Source: Eledone cirrhosa
Lineage: Eukaryota
DNA length: 64,000 nt
Direction: 5' to 3'
Assembly (NCBI GenBank): GCA_964016885.1
Contig: OZ024763.1
Coordinates: forward strand, 20,460,001-20,524,000
This document shows positions 1 to 13,466 of this stretch, one piece after another. A model generated the notes under the pieces. It was not told where the DNA came from. It ran no database searches and saw only the letters and a program-made list of their open reading frames with translations. The position numbers and the translations under genes are program-made. Every line of letters starts with the position of its first letter. Position 1 is the stretch's first letter.

Positions 1-708
1 TAATACTCAAAATATATATATAGTGTCTGTCTATTTGTGTTGTTATTCAGATTAACCCTTTAGCATTTAAACCAGCCGCATCTGACCAGAATTCTCTCAC
101 CTCTTTCTGTTCAGACTGGCTATAACTGGCCACTCATACTGATGTTCTTAGAATAAATAATATCCAAATCTCATAGATTCGATATTATGTGAGATAAAAT
201 ATTTAACCCTTTAGCATTTACATTACTCTATATTTATTATTGTATTTTTACAGTAAAGGCTTTATCTTACACAATATCTCACATAATATCGAATCTATGA
301 GATTTGGATATTATTTATTTTGAGAACAACACCTCAAATAGGTCGCTTATGGCCAATTTGAAGAGAAAGAGATGAGAGAGTTCTGGCCAGATATGGCTGG
401 TTTGAATGCTAAAGGGTTAATGCAAAAATACAATAGTAAATATAGAGTAATGTAAATGTTATGTGAGATATTGTGTGAGGTAAAGCCTTTACCGTAAAAA
501 TACAATAGTATATATAGATATATGTAAAAGCTAAAGAGTTAAAGTGTAAGGTAAAGCCTTTACTGTGAAAATACAATAGTAAATACAGAGTAATGTAAAT
601 GCTAAAGGGTTAAGGTGTAAGGTAAAACCTTTACCATGAAAATACAATAGTATATATAGAGTAATATAAAAGCTAAAGAGTTAAATTGTTTGATTGTTTC
701 TCAACTAG

Positions 709-854
709 ATGAAGCTGAGTCTGCAGAAGCTAAGATGTACTTTGAAAGTATTAAAGAATGGTGGGACTCTATAGGGCAAAGTCAATCTTATTACAGTGGG
801 AAACTGGCTTACAGTAAAGCAATGCATTTCTTTGTCATTTCAAAGATGAAAGAA
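709..854 (+). CDS. Penultimate coding exon of a helical-repeat protein, tentatively ZMYND12-like
   Basis: Acceptor ctag at 705-708 and donor gtaagt at 855. Open frame (D)EAESAEAKMYFESIKEWWDSIGQSQSYYSGKLAYSKAMHFFVISKMKE joins 1868 in phase 0. Resemblance to the ZMYND12 C-terminus (DEAQEAEA...) is from memory only. Confidence 0.65.
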
Positions 855-1867
855 GTAAGTAACATCTGACCTATGGGGTCTGTTTTTCTTCTCCCTCCCT
901 ATATGTATGCATGTGTATATGTATATTATGTATGTTTGTGTATATGTATGTATGTGTATATGTATGTTATGTATGTATATATGTGTGTGTATGTATGTGT
1001 ATATGTATATGTTATGTATGCATGTATGTATGTATATATGGGTGTGTGTTTATGTGCTATGTATGTGTATCTATGTTGTGTTATGTATGCATGCATGTAT
1101 ATATGTGTTTACGTGTGCGTATGTATGTGTGTATATATGTATATGTTATGTATGTATGTTTATGTGTGTATGTATGTGTGTATGCATCTGATCTCTCTTA
1201 TACCTAATTTCTCTCTTAGTTCATTTACACTTTGCCGTTCATGTATATTGCTATTACACATCCATCGGAGTATATTTCAGATAAATACACACACACACAC
1301 ACACATCATCATCATACGTCCGCTTTTCACTACTTGCAAGGGTTGGACAGGTCATATTCATCACACCATCTCTCCATTCCATCAAGGTCCTTTGTTATCT
1401 CCTCCATGAGCTTCAGCAATCTGAGGTCTGCTCTCATGACCTCTGCCCATCATCATCATCATCATCATCATTTTACGTCCACTTTCCCTGCTTGCAAGGG
1501 TGGGACGGGAACTGATTCTGGCTTGATTTCTACAGCTGGATGCCCTTCCTAACACCAACCTCATTTACAGTGAGTGCTGGGTGCTTTTTTCCCGTGGCAC
1601 CTCCACGACCACTTTGCAGTGGAATGATAGGGACAGGGGTCCCTATCATCTCATTTCTACAGCTGAGTAAACTGGAGCAATGTGAAATAAAGTGTCTTGC
1701 TCAAGGAAACAACACATCACCCTGTCTGAGAATTGAACTCACAACCTTTCGATTGCAAGGCCAATGCTCTAACCACTAAGCCATGTGCCCCCATGTACAT
1801 ATATATGTTTGATCTTATTTGCTTCTAAAGTTGATTGGAAATTGGTTATTTTTAAATATCCTCTCAG

Positions 1868-1984
1868 GCTAGTGAACAGGCTAAGAAAACAGTAACTCTT
1901 CTGAAAGTTATACCAGAGTCTGAAGTTTTGCAGACACGAATTGAAAACTTAATGGAATGTTGTGAACGGAAGATCTGCTTCTAA
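1868..1984 (+). CDS. Terminal coding exon of the same ZMYND12-like gene
   Basis: Acceptor ctctcag, then ASEQAKKTVTLLKVIPESEVLQTRIENLMECCERKICF-TAA. AATAAA at about 2027 and 2128. Confidence 0.65.
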   Translation, partial: ASEQAKKTVTLLKVIPESEVLQTRIENLMECCERKICF

Positions 1985-3341
1985 CTTGAAATCAATGAAA
2001 TCAATACAGAGATGAAATATAAGATCAATAAATATTTCCAATTGTTTACACCCAGGCAACACTATATGAAAAGTCTTAGACCTTTCATGATCATATTTCT
2101 AACAAATACACTGTATTTTAATTGATTAATAAAGAATGTATTTGGAAAGTTTTACTAAGTTTATAATTATTTCATTACTAAGATTATTAAAGCAGAGGAT
2201 TAGTTAGTAATTGGTAGAGCGTCGGACACCATGCTTTGCAGTATAGAGTTACATCCCTTTACATTCTGAGTTCAAATCCTGCTGAGGTTATAGCTTTGCT
2301 TTTCATCTTTACGGGGTCGATAAAATAAAGTACCAGTAATGCATTGAGGTCAATTTAATCGACTGTCTCCTCCGCCACCAAAATTGTGTCTAAATCAGAA
2401 AGCATTATTAAGGGCCATGGATTGGCAGAATCGGTAGAGCATCGGACAACATGCTTTGCGGCATAGTGTTATGGCCCTTTACATTCTGAGTTCAAATTCT
2501 GCTGATGTTAGCTTTGCTTTACATCCTTACGGGGTCAATAAAATAAAGTACCAGTAACGCACTGGGGTTGATTTAATTGACTTTCCTCTCTCCCACAAAT
2601 GATTGGCCTTGTGTCTAAATCAGAAACTATTAATAAGATTATATAAAGTGCAATATAGTGGCAGAATCAGTAGAGCGTCAGACAACATACTTTGCGGCAT
2701 AGTATTAAAGTGGCAGAATTGGTAAAGTGTGACTCGCACTCACGCTACAAGATAGGGAGCTAGGGTCTCCCTCTAATTAATTGTGAGGCAAGTAGATACA
2801 CTCACAGCGTTCTTGTGAGTGATAGCGAGGTTGAGATGTTGGAATAACCAAGTACCCTTGCTATGATCACTTGATTGATGCTCTGCCTGTGGCCAACATT
2901 GGTGACCTTCTCAGTCAGGGCAAGCTCTGCATCTCCATTGCACTTTGAGTGGGAGCCGAATTCTAATATAAGGGCAGTGGAACTTGGTGGGGCATGGTTC
3001 CCCCCACCCACACACATCCCCAATAATTATATTTTTCTCCCCAAACTACCAAAACACACATGTATTTGTATATGCGCTGCAATTTATGTAAATGTTATGT
3101 TTATTTCATATCAATGTTTTCTAACCACTTTAGAGTGCAAAGAGCTAAACTAATCACTACAACTAAATTGACCAAATTTGCCCTCACCCTACCCCCCAAC
3201 ACCCCTCACAATTCAGAAATGCTTCCACCGCCCTTGTAATACAAAACTAAAGGGCTGATTCAATTAATCAATTCGTTAGCTTAGTCTTAATGAATTCACT
3301 TTTATAGTTAACGAACCAATGGTGAAAGGTAGCCTCTATAT

Positions 3342-3805
3342 AGCTCAGCAACTGTATCTGTATCAGTGAGCTGCTCAACATTACCAGACTTAGACCAATT
3401 ACATCAATTGTCAAGTCAAGAGTACTCAAACTATATGGTCATATAAAAGAGACTTATGACTGGCAAGCGGCTCAGCAACCATATCTGTATCAGTGAGCTG
3501 CTCAACATTACCAGACTTAGACCAATTACATCAATTGTCAAGTCAAGAGTACTCAAACTATATGGCCATAAAAAAAGATCCACTCGCGGTGTGAGTAGGT
3601 TATGCCTGGAAGGAAGGTTGGCTGGTAAGAGAAGCAGAGGCCGACAGCCAAAACGATGGCTTGACAATGTCAACTTATGGACTGGACTTGATCTTTGCTC
3701 TTTAAACTCTGCTACTGGTGATCGAACTTTGTGGAGAGAGATATCATATGTTGATGCGCAGTCTGCAACTGGCGGAGTTTAGCTTCACAAGAAGAAAGAA
3801 GAAGC
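3342..3805 (+). mobile_element. RTE-like C-terminal fragment with an internal ~127-bp tandem duplication
   Basis: LKLYGH...LEGRLAGKRSRGRQPKRWLDNV, with an (AAG)n tail. Confidence 0.7.
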
Positions 3806-3813
3806 CTCTATAT

Positions 3814-4305
3814 GGAGATATGTGAACCAGTGGTAAGTGTTGGACTTACGATCATAATGTCATGAGTTCAATACCTGGCCTGGATTGTCTTGTGTTCTTG
3901 AGTAAAACACTTCGTTTCACTTTGCTCCAGTATACTCAACTAAAAATGAGTACCAGTAACAGCTGAGAGTTAACCCTACGATGGCATCCTGTCCAGTGGA
4001 GTGTCTTGTACTCTCAGTCACTTCATGCCACATAAATCAAGACAACCTTTTCATTATCATATTTCTGTGGAGAAGCATGGCCTAGTGGTAAGTGTGTTGG
4101 ACTTATGATCATGATGTTGTGGGTTTGATTCCTGGACTGGGTTGTGTGTTGTTTTCTTGAGTAAAACTCTTCATTTCATGTTACTCCAGTATACTCAGCT
4201 GAAAATGAGTACCAGTAATAACTGGGAGTTTAACCCTGCGATGGACTGGCGTCATATCCAGGGTTGATGTAAGTCTTGTACACTCAGTCGCTTCACGCCA
4301 CAGAC
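3814..4305 (+). mobile_element. Two tandem copies of tRNA-derived SINE family 3
   Basis: Head gtggtaagtgttggacttacgatc...gagttcaatacc and tail aaccctgcgatggactggcgtc. Partial copies at 37105-37220 and 37965-38132. Confidence 0.7.
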
Positions 4306-4377
4306 TTTAGATTCTATGTGTGTGTAGATTATAATCCGAATGTGATAATATATACACACACATACATAACATACATA

Positions 4378-6410
4378 TGTAGCAGGAGTTGCCTCCCTTG
4401 TTGTGACACTCACATCACCAATAGATTAACGCTCTCTAGATAGGAAGTAGAACCCTTTCTGTAACTTCCGTTCCAACCCTATAAAGGGAATAACTTTAAG
4501 CTCCCTATCTTTCATTTGCCCTTTCGGCTCTTGGCCTTCGGCCAGGCGCGTTCGCCTGGCAACCAAACGGTAACTAATAACTTTGCTTCATTCTTTCATC
4601 TATTCATTGATATGTCAACTATACTGTTCTATATATCCACAAATTGTTAATTAAATATTATACACACAAATCACGTCTCTTGTTATACTTATACAACCCA
4701 ATATTTTGTTAAAAGTGGTGACCCCGACGTGATGAATATTTTCAGTTCAAAATATTCCTTTTGAAATGAGATTAAAATTGGCAGTGTATGTATAAAAATA
4801 AAATTTACGCCACGAGGAAATTTCAAAACGGCTACCACCAAGTATTTCTCTACTACCAGCCATCAGCAGCAACACATGGCTAACTACTAATCAACACCAG
4901 GGAATGGCGATGTGGCAGCTTGTAACTTTACCGACGCAACCACCATACCTTCTGTCTCGTTACCACAAGGACTCGAGAAATTAAGACATCAGTCTTCTCA
5001 CCACTATGGCGTCAGACGTGGCTGCCATATTGGTGACTCTAGTTTCTTCAACGCTCGACTTCGACTCTACAGAAGATTCATTGTGACTTTCCTTTAACAA
5101 CAACAACTCTACTAGCTCCCTAGTAAGAGCGATCCCAAAGAAATTTCAAAGAAAAGAAAAGCGAACTTTTTGTTAAAAGAAAAGAAACAATTCTTTCTTC
5201 CTTTTTTTTTCAGGCATTTATTTTGGACATTTATTTTTTTTAAACTGTATTATATGGAAATTCATTTTTTTCTATCATTGTATATATGACTGCATCATTT
5301 TCTTTATCATTGTATATGTGACTGCACCCACACATTTATTTGCTGTATTACATGCCTGCATATGCACACATTTCTTTGTCACCCGCCAACATGTTGTTCT
5401 TAGTATATGTTCTTCAAACGTAATATTCTGCGAGATCCCTTTTCACCTGGTTGAGGTGCCATCACATGCTAACGACTCTTGAGCTTAATTCACCTGGATT
5501 CAAACAGGCACCGCAACACAAGAATGCTAATTGCGGCTGAACAGTTTTGCATCTCGTTGTACACTCATCGTCCATAACAACCTCCATCTTGTTACCTTAC
5601 CCGACTCACTGGGAAAACAACAAATAGAACTGGACTTGTCAGCATTTCCACCACTTCTGTGGATTCGCCCGAATTATGGAATTTACACTGCAACTTCTAC
5701 CCACCTACAGATTCAACTTGCTTTTTTTCTTTTCAAAGCAACCAGCCATTTTTTCCTGGCTCCCTAGCACATTCTGCAATACATCTGGGAGGCCAACATT
5801 TTCTCGCCTACCCATCATCTTTTTGCCAGCACTGGTAAACTACCATAATAGCTTCATCCACAGCTACTGGTACAACACTTACCATTAACATTTAATGCAA
5901 GAACAGCAACTTCGCCCATGTCAGACTTTATCCGTTTTCTGTTAGACCTTTGGTGGTCACGTATAAACTACAAAACAGCTAGTCATTTGACACAGAGGCT
6001 CAACACGGCCCTTAGCGCCTCATTTTTTTTTCTTGCATGCATCCTTCGGCTCAATTATTTTTTCACTGATGTGCTCTTTCAGCATTTTTTCTTGTTGATT
6101 CAATAATCTGTATCGTCTTCCGTCTAGAGGGGGAGTGTTGTAGTGACCTACATTCCGCGGGCTCACATACATTCTCTATGCGTGATTTGGCTCAGCTCAG
6201 CCAATCAACGCCAGTAGAAGAGGATGTTTCCCTACGCGCCCTGGGGGAGAAATTCCCCGCGAAGATTTGAAGAATCTCCCTCTCGCACCCGGAACTTCGA
6301 ACCAGCAACACGTACAACATGAGATTTTGCACTTTGGCCTGCCGGCTTTCCGGCACAATGCCACATTCCCTTTTGTAACCTCATTTTATGTGTAACTTCA
6401 ACCATACAAG
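4378..6410 (+). mobile_element. Degenerate Gypsy LTR retrotransposon remnant (CsRN1-like, tRNA-Trp primed)
   Basis: PBS tggtgaccccgacgtgat at 4716-4733 is complementary to the tRNA-Trp 3' end. PPT agagggggag at 6126-6135. TGTAG starts at 4378 and 6139. No pol ORF. Confidence 0.65.
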
Positions 6411-7257
6411 TTAACCTTTCATCCTTACGGGGTCGATAAAATAAAGTACCAGTAATGTACTGGGTAATTGGTGGCCTTGTGCCTAAAGTAGAAACAATTA
6501 TTTGTGCTACAACAAAAATAAACATACATTTCATCTGTAATTTCTGCTGTTGACATCATTATTGTGTTACTCGTGTCTCAATAACATTTATATACTATGC
6601 TGCTAAACATATACACATACACACACATACATACACACATGCATATATAACATATACACATACATACATACCTACATATATTAAATTGATTTGCAAATGG
6701 ATCGAATATTTTTGCACACACAGAAACACATAGCCATACACATATATTTCTACACACAAATATATGCATACACACAGATATAAGCACACATACACATAGA
6801 TATAAGCACACACACACACATATATAAGCATGCACACATACACATATATAAGCACACACACATACACATATATAAGCACACACACACACATATATATATA
6901 CACAGATATAAACACACATATATACACATAGATATAAGCACACACACATATATATATACACGCGTGCAGATACACATATACATACACACGCCAACGTAAT
7001 TTCTGTTTCGTTTCAGGCCTCTGAACGTATTTTTGCATCGACACACTAATATGTATATATATAACATTAAAAATAAGACCAAATACTGCTAATTATATCA
7101 AATTCTAATTAACGTACGTTTCATCCAGCTTTTTTTTTAAATTGTATGTAGCCTTATGTACAATTTACTGTAATAAATCTTGTATTTTTGAGCTGTTAAA
7201 ACTTCTTCACCTACCTGTATATATTTACGTATTTGAAAACGAATTACTCTCTCTCTC

Positions 7258-7310
<53 letters not shown>

Positions 7311-7340
7311 TCCATCTGGTTCCTTACCACATTTCCTTCG

Positions 7341-7393
<53 letters not shown>

Positions 7394-7619
7394 CATATAT
7401 ATACATATAAAGAGAGTGAGACAGAGGGGTATACAGACACATACACACGTCTACCATATTTCTTCGTTTCGTTTTTAATCTCAGTACGTATTTTACAAGT
7501 GACTTTCTTTAACATCCATCCACTTCCGTTATATTCCAGAAGTCAATGAACATCCATCTGTGACCTTCCACTGCGACCTCAGCCTCTTATTTTGTTGTCT
7601 GCCACTAAAAGTAAGCAAT

Positions 7620-7760
7620 ATGTCGCTACTTAACCAGGTATATAACGCTCTCTTTCGACGATCATCGACATTTGCATTGACAGTTATCTGTGGTGCCTTC
7701 TTATTTGAACGTATCATAGACGAAGGAGGTGACTATGTATTTGACCGGATAAATAAAGGG
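7620..7760 (+). CDS. UQCR10: Cytochrome b-c1 complex subunit 9 (UQCR10/QCR9), exon 1
   Basis: MSLLNQVYNALFRRSSTFALTVICGAFLFERIIDEGGDYVFDRINKG carries the QCR9 signature YNxLFRRxSTF...GAFxFER...INKG. Donor gtgagt at 7761. Confidence 0.95.
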
Positions 7761-8817
7761 GTGAGTACTTCACTAATTCATTTATGAACTAAACTGTTTC
7801 CCATTTTCCGGCGATCCTTTATTATTTTTAATTTTTAAATATTTTTTTATTTTTACGTACTCGGTTCAAATCCCGCCGAGGTTAACTTTGCCTTTCATCC
7901 TTACAGGGTCGATAAAATAAAGTACCAGTGATGCAGTAGGGGAGTAGATGTTATCGACTTTCCGTCCTCACTCCCCGCTAAAATTGTGGGCCTTGTGTCT
8001 AAATCAGAAACTATTTTTACTATTACTATTCCTTTTATCCTTACGGGGGTTTGGTTTAAATAAAGTACCAGTAACGCACTTACTGGGGTAGGTTTGATCA
8101 ACTTTCCCACCTTTATCTTCAAGTTGTTGACCTTGTATCAAAAATAGGAAATATTTTTAAATGTTAATTCCAGTTCCTTTGCCTATGTCCTTGCTGTGAG
8201 TGCTTTATATATAAATTAACGGGGATCGTATTTCGGCTATTGGAAATTAGCGAAAGACACCTTCCGAGAAGTGAGGCAAGCGCTCCATTGAAGTTAGTGT
8301 TCTAGAGCAACAACGTAAGTTAAAAGGCCAAACACACTGAGACGATGGTTAAACCATTATCCGCACAGCCATAGAAACGACCAAGCCATTTCGGGTCAAA
8401 CAAATAATAAAATATATTATCATATATATATATATACATGATAAGGATTGTGTATATATATATATATATAGGCACAATCCTCTTCGGATTTTAGTCTTCG
8501 CATTTATTATTACTATATATATATATGGGACCAGCCTACACTGTAAAGTAGTCGTCTTGGTGTCACAATAAAAAGCACTCACTATACACTGTAAATGTGG
8601 TTTGTGTTAGGAAGGGCGTCCAGCCATAGAAACCAATGTAGAAACATTTATGTATGAGCCACTGTCATTCCAATTTTATGGAGGAGAACCTAGGACAACT
8701 GAGATCTCGACAGTGACCGCTGCAAAGAGGAATTGGCCAGATAGACAAGCCCCAGTATTTGCTTATCTTCTTGTTGTATATTTACTTAATTGAGGTTTTG
8801 ATTTGGTTCTGTTTCAG

Positions 8818-8877
8818 AAATTATGGCACCAAATAAAATATAAATATATGGAAACAGAAGAAGACGGTGATGAATGA
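8818..8877 (+). CDS. UQCR10: UQCR10 exon 2 (protein 66 aa in total)
   Basis: Acceptor gtttcag, then KLWHQIKYKYMETEEDGDE-TGA, matching the conserved KLWxxIKxKY. AATAAA near 9152 and 9173. Confidence 0.93.
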   Translation, partial: KLWHQIKYKYMETEEDGDE

Positions 8878-9297
8878 TGGCAGTAGAATTTCCCTGGTGT
8901 CAGTTCCTTGTTGGAAGCAGAACAACAACAATACCAAATACTTTGGAAATATGAACTAACAAGTAGCAAATTAACTTCTGTGAGTTATATACCCACTTCC
9001 ACCACCTCCCTCACATTTGGAAGATCTGAGAAATGTCAGGGTGGGGGTAAAAAAGATTTGTTTAAAAATTTGCAGAAGTATGTTATTGTATTTAATTTAA
9101 TGAAAATATTTGGAGAGGCAAAAAATATAAAAAACAAACAATACAATTTGAAATAAAAGTTAAAGAAACTGAAATAAATCTGACTTGTTTTTATTCATTT
9201 GTTAATGTATATTTTTAGGTTAATTTTGCTTTTTGTCCTTTCGAGGTTGATAAAAAAAAAATACCAGTAAAATATTTGGGAGTTGATTCTTCCTCTA

Positions 9298-9770
9298 CAA
9301 GGGGCTTCAAAAGGTTTGTGGAAAAAGTACCTAGCTAAAAATCAGCCTCAGGGATTTTAATCTCAATGCACCTGTATGTTCTCATACTAACGTGTCATAA
9401 CACGTTCTAACATGAACCCTTAAATGCATGTTGTAATGCGACGCCACCAGTCTGTAGTCAGCACCCGCTCAAGCAACATGGCCTCCATCAAAACATCAAA
9501 TTCATGGTGAAGCTCGGGTGAAAGAGCAGCCAAATAATTGACACTCTGGAGCAAGTTTATGGGGACAATGCCCCAAAGAAATCAACAAACACCCTACAAA
9601 TGCATAAGTTGTTTTAGAAGTGGAAGAAATGAGGTTGAAGATGTAAAAGCTGCTGCTTTGACATGGTTTAAATTACATGGTCCTTAGTTTTACACAGATG
9701 GATTTGAAGGCTGAGATCAACGCTTGCTGAAGTGTATTGACCTAGAGGAAGCATATGTTGAAAAATATGA
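9298..9770 (+). mobile_element. Internally deleted mariner remnant
   Basis: TA + caaggggcttcaaaagg left end. N-terminal IKFMVKLG...VYGDNAPKKS is joined to C-terminal FYTDG...KCIDLEEAYVEK. Confidence 0.7.
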
Positions 9771-10195
9771 GCCGGTGGCGCTGGACCGAGAGAACAGCAC
9801 GATTAACATCCTGTTCCATGGTGGTAAACCCCTCGTTTGGGATGCCATTTGCAGCGACAACCTGGTGCACTTTGAGACTAACCCAGGTTCTGTTGCACTT
9901 TGGGCTGAGGAGGGTAAACTTTCCAAGTATCGGTCACTCGCCAACAGGTTTACAATGGAGACTTCTAGTGTAACTTGGCCGTAGGGCTAGCTCCCTACTT
10001 ACTACCATACGTGCCGAGCTGGTGAGCCTCACAAGATGGAATGGCTCTTCCAGCGCATCTACCTTACCATCCTCTGGGGAAACGCCTTCTCCAGCCGGTG
10101 GGACCCCATTTGCTCATAATAGTGAGAGATGGAGGCGATGACAGTGGGAGTTCGGATCTGGTGTATGTGCATGCTTACTGTCTTATCATATAGAC

Positions 10196-10700
10196 CAGGG
10201 GCATGCTGCAGGCCACAATCCGGCCTGCCAGATCAGTCAGAGTGGCCCATGATAACCGTTTTTAATTTTTACCTTGTAGGCTTATTTAGAATTTATTTTG
10301 TAACCGTAATACAATTTTCTGTTAGTTGACCTACACCAAGGGGCTTCACTGATAGGGTTATGTGTGTTATAATTTCCTAGTTCCATGTTATGGAAAGAAG
10401 TTGTGAATCTTTGGAATAGTGCTTAATAAATATTAATTGTTTCTACTTTAGGCACAAGGCCAGCAATTACCCAGTGCATTACTGGTACTTTATTTTATCG
10501 ACCCCGTAAGGATGAAAGGCAAAGTCAACCTCGGCGGGATTTGAACTCAGATCGTAAAGGGACGTAACTATGCTGGAAAGCATGGCGCCCGACCCTCTAC
10601 CGATACTGCCAATCCACCGCCCTATAATTATTAATGGCCCTAAAATAGTTGTTCCAATGTTCAAAAGTGGCCCGCCAATGGAATATGTTGCACACGCCTG
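10196..10700. mobile_element. hAT (Charlie-like) MITE interrupted by a SINE
   Basis: cagg...cctg ends with an 8-bp near-TSD atatagac/ttatagac. Confidence 0.6.
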
Positions 10701-13466
10701 TTATAGACATATTTATGAATATACTCATTACTCACTAAGGATATAAAATAGTTCCATAAATCATTTCCTACAATTCCCCTTTGACAGCCACCTTACATCA
10801 GTGTAAGGCAATAACCTTACATAGTCACCATTTTCAATACAGTCATTACAATATAGGTAATGAGAAAAATAGTCAATTTGGAAGCTTCTACAATGCAGAT
10901 GGGGAAATCTGGCAACGAAATCCAGTGGGAGAAGGAAAGAGAAAACAAACGTAAAAGGTGTAAGGAGAAAAGAAGAGGACGAATGCCTGAGTTTGTGTAC
11001 CTTAAACGATTTATTAGTCCCTATATTTCGGAGTCACATGCATCAACAAGGGTGGTTTTCTGAAGGGGAAATAAAAACATTGTTGAACATTGCTGGTTGT
11101 ATGATTCTGTTTAAAATTGTTTCTACTTTTAGCACAAGGCCAACAATTATCCCAGTGCATTACTGGTACTGTATTCGCCGTGGGACCCCATTTGCTCATA
11201 ATACAGAGAGATGGAGGCGATAACAGTGGGAGTTCAGCTCTTCCGTGTTTGGACACATTGCACCTGTCAAGAGTGTATATTGATGTGAAACACAAACTCT
11301 GCTTTGACCAGCTTCACACTGCCACCAACACCACCACCATCTTTTATCGACCCCATAGAGATGAAAGGCAAAGTTAACCTTGGCAGGATTTGAACTCAGA
11401 CCGTAAAGAGCCATAACTCTATGCTGTAAAGCTTGGTGTCTGACGCTCTACCGACACTGCCAAACCACCTGAAAGTTGTTCGTTGGACTCACGAATCTTC
11501 TGGCATTCTTCCTCTCCTCTTTTCTCCTTACCTTTATTTACATTTTCCTTCTCCTTTTGCCACTGGATTTCCTTGCCATCTGCATTGTAGAGGCTTCCAA
11601 ACTGATTATTTTTTCTTATTCCACAATGCTTCAAGCAAACCTGAACATTCTAATATAGGCCATGATTTTATAACAGATACTAGAAAAATAACTACAGTTT
11701 GTAAATGCTAATACTTTATAGTTTAGTTTTATTTTTCAACTAACAATAACCACACCTCGGATAACCCTCATTGACTATGGGACCGCCTCCGTGAAAAGCT
11801 TCCGAATCTTCCTGGTCGTTCTTTTTCGGCTGCATGGGTGATTTTAGGCATAATCCTTGTGTGTTGGTATTTTAACGATAGTTATAGCTCTGATTTATCT
11901 GAATTATTGAGCCCTCTGCCACTCATGTCGGATTTGTTTATCGTTAATTCGTGAGCTGATTTTCCGATACTCGATTATTCTATTATATATATATATATAT
12001 ATATATGCGATGCAGCGATGATTAAAATCAACTCCAAAGTGTAAACAAACTGCTCGTAGATACTGACAGGTACACGATAACATCATTTCATCATTCATTT
12101 CATTTTACGTCCGCTTCTCCCTGCTTGCAAGGGTGGGACGGGAACTGATGCTGGCTTGATTTCTACAGCTGGATGCCCTTCCTAACACCAACCTCATTTA
12201 CAGTGAGTGCTGGGTGCTTTTTTGCCGTGGCACCTCCACAACCACTTTACAGTGGAATGATATGGACCCCAGTCCCTATCATCTCATTTCTACAGCTGAG
12301 TAAACTGGACCAATGTGAAATAAAGTGTCTTGCTTTCGATTGCAAGGCCAATGCTCTAACCACTAAGCCATGTGCCTCCATGTGTAGATGAATTGTAACT
12401 GGAAGTTTGGTCGTATTATATCACTTTCAAATTGCCCACGTTGGGTGTCACTGATATCCATCCCAATCACCACCCTCTCCTACTACCAGAAAAGGTATAA
12501 ATACCACCACATTACTTGGACAGTCGGCTTCCTGATGATTTCTCCCGAACAGTTCTAGTCATGTAGAAGCCATTTCTCTATATTAAATATTTATACTCTG
12601 TTATGTATTGAGAGAGAGAGATTTAGACAGAACTTAGGATCCGAATAAGGTGAAACATTTGTTCTCGGTATGGTGAACTAACAGTTGTGGAACTACTTCG
12701 ATCAAACTCGTCCCATGGACTGAGTGCTCTACTACTGCGGATATAACCCACCAGTGTTCTACACACACACACATATATATATATATCATTTTACATTCGC
12801 TTTTCCCTGCTTGCAAGGGTGGGACGGGAACTGATTGTGGCTTGATTTCTACAGCCAGATGCCCTTCCTAACACCAACCTCATTTACAGTGAGTGCTGGG
12901 TGCTTTTGGAATGATATGGACCCCAGTCCCTATCATCTCATTTCTACAGCTGAGTAAACTGGAGCAATGTGAAATAAAGTGTCTTGCTCAAGGAAACAAT
13001 ACATCACCCAGTCCAAGAATTGAACTCACAACCTTTCGATTGCAAGGCCAATGCTCTAACCACTAAGCCATGTGTCTCCATATATATAAAGAAAATTTCG
13101 CTCTACATATATATAATAAATGTAATCTGAGTTTTTCGAATATTAATAATAACATTCGATTCGTTTGCAATTATGCAAACAAGCCTCAATTGTATAGCAG
13201 TTCTGTTCACATGCCAACACAAGAGCAAGAATGAAGGGTTCATTCTCCTGACATGGCTATAAAATTGAGGCTTGTTTGCATAATTGCAAACGAATCGAAT
13301 GTTATTAATATTCGAAAAACTCAGATTACATTTATTATATATATATATATATATATATAAATATAAGTATAAGTATGTACACGTACATACATATATGTAT
13401 ATATATATATATAAATATAAGTATGTACACGTACATACATATATGTATACAGACGTACAGTAGTAT

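Noticed and set aside
1540-1779. Recurrent 79-aa [18 protein letters not shown]... in many copies
   Set aside because: It is the antisense reading of SINE family 1, conserved only because the copies are young.
2970-3235. Possible MITE with 13-bp TIRs (aagggc.gtggaa)
   Set aside because: Short TIR, no clear TSD and no second copy in the window.
7000-7560. Possible divergent gene (ZMAT5-like, as in mammals) upstream of UQCR10
   Set aside because: Minus-strand donor-like motifs exist, but no recognisable ZMAT5 coding sequence was found.
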